From Octopus bimaculoides (taxonomy: Eukaryota), in assembly GCF_001194135.2 (NCBI RefSeq), contig NC_069006.1, forward strand, positions 7,735,636-7,771,433: a stretch of DNA of 35,798 bases, written 5' to 3'. The notes beneath the pieces were generated by a model, which made no database searches, had not been told where the DNA came from, and worked only from the letters and a program-made list of their open reading frames with translations. Shown in pieces: positions 34,716 through 35,798 of the stretch. The translations under genes were made by a program, and so were the position numbers. Each line of letters opens with the position of its first letter. Position 1 is the first letter of the stretch.

Positions 34716-35798
34716 ACAATGACCACGGCTCGATAGGTCTTCTTAAGCACAGCATATCGCCAATGTTTTAATGTTGGTTTTATTGAGAAATGGTTATATT
34801 AAGCACCATATAAATCACAACTTATAACATATAATTATCCCGGTATATTATGATAATTCTATTGACCAGACTATCAGATGTCGCTGGTCACAATGCACTT
34901 CACATCATTTTAAACTTTGAATGATGCCGACCCACTGGCTAGGCGAGCAGGCCGACATTCTTCCTGATTGGAAAGCCGGTCCATTGCAGGGTGGACCCAT
35001 TTGTAACTGAGTGGACTGGAGCAATATGGACTCAGTTTATGAGTTTAATTTATTCCCGAAGACCATTCATCACCTGAAATGCTTGTAGACTTAAACTTAA
35101 ACTATTCTTCCTGTTGGAAGCACAACAGCAAATCTGACCAGGAGGATGTGCCCTGAGTGAAAACTACACACCAAATGATGCTCTTTCTCCTCGATACTCC
35201 CAGTTTGTCATCAATTGTTGTTACCAGCTTCCGTGTTCATTACTCGAGATACCAATCGTTACCCAAGACGTTTTATGATTGGAAAATTGTTAGTAAACTG
35301 ATTTGTTCATGACTTGAAGTGTATATAAACTGAGGTTCTGTTGTACTCTTAAGTTTAAGCTTCTTTGTCTCATCCCTTCCAGTTCGTTTCTGGGCCCTGG
35401 AACCCTCAAAACAGGGAAAAAGAAAAAAAACAAACTTAGTTATTTGATCAACATGGAAAAATAACTTCTTTTCATTAATAGAACAGAATAAAATGACATG
35501 TGCCCGTGTAGGCACAAAGACAAGCAAAATGTAGACACCCTCCCCAATGCGCACACACACACACACACACACAAAAGACACATTCACCAGATGATGATGA
35601 TGATGACAATAATGATGATGATGATGATGATAAGGAGGAGGGTAAGGAGATGGAGGGAGCATGTTAAGAATCCAACAGGGTTGACCACCACGGGCCCTGA
35701 CTCCAGGTCACGTCTTCAGTCCATAGTTCATTTCCTTTTCTTGTTTCGCACCCTTTCTCCACCCCCACTCGTCACAGACACCGCCACCCACCCCACCC

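Noticed and set aside
35713-35719. Other CTGAAGA/CTGATGA words (e.g. 35713 minus strand, ~17990, ~17028)
   Set aside because: No stem II followed by GAAA at the required spacing, so they are not hammerheads.

Overview
Eukaryotic, AT-rich, microsatellite- and transposon-dense draft-assembly DNA with 11 N-gaps. The repeat families and gap structure suggest an octopus genome; this is inference, not a database match. One intron-rich + strand gene spans almost the whole window: CFAP100/CCDC37, the DUF4200 coiled-coil axonemal protein homologous to Chlamydomonas FAP100/MIA1. I traced eight well-supported, phase-consistent exons (6392-33977), one acidic linker exon, and a tentative first exon at 2487 next to RFX X-box-like motifs. 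At least one internal exon appears lost in a gap, and the 3' exons lie beyond the window. Almost none of the supplied ORF track is real: most entries are microsatellite or N-run translations. Introns and the upstream region hold two divergent Merlin-type transposase relics, a near-full-length decayed Tc1, a mariner relic, Tigger-, hAT- and piggyBac-type MITEs, RTE-LINE 3' ends and many tRNA-derived SINEs. The most unusual signal is a set of minimal Penelope-type hammerhead ribozyme motifs. One intact motif lies on the sense strand of a CFAP100 intron (33634-33669). A tRNA-headed, hammerhead-tailed element carries an inverted 58-bp copy that stops at the predicted self-cleavage site and is nested in a mariner end (10606-11068).
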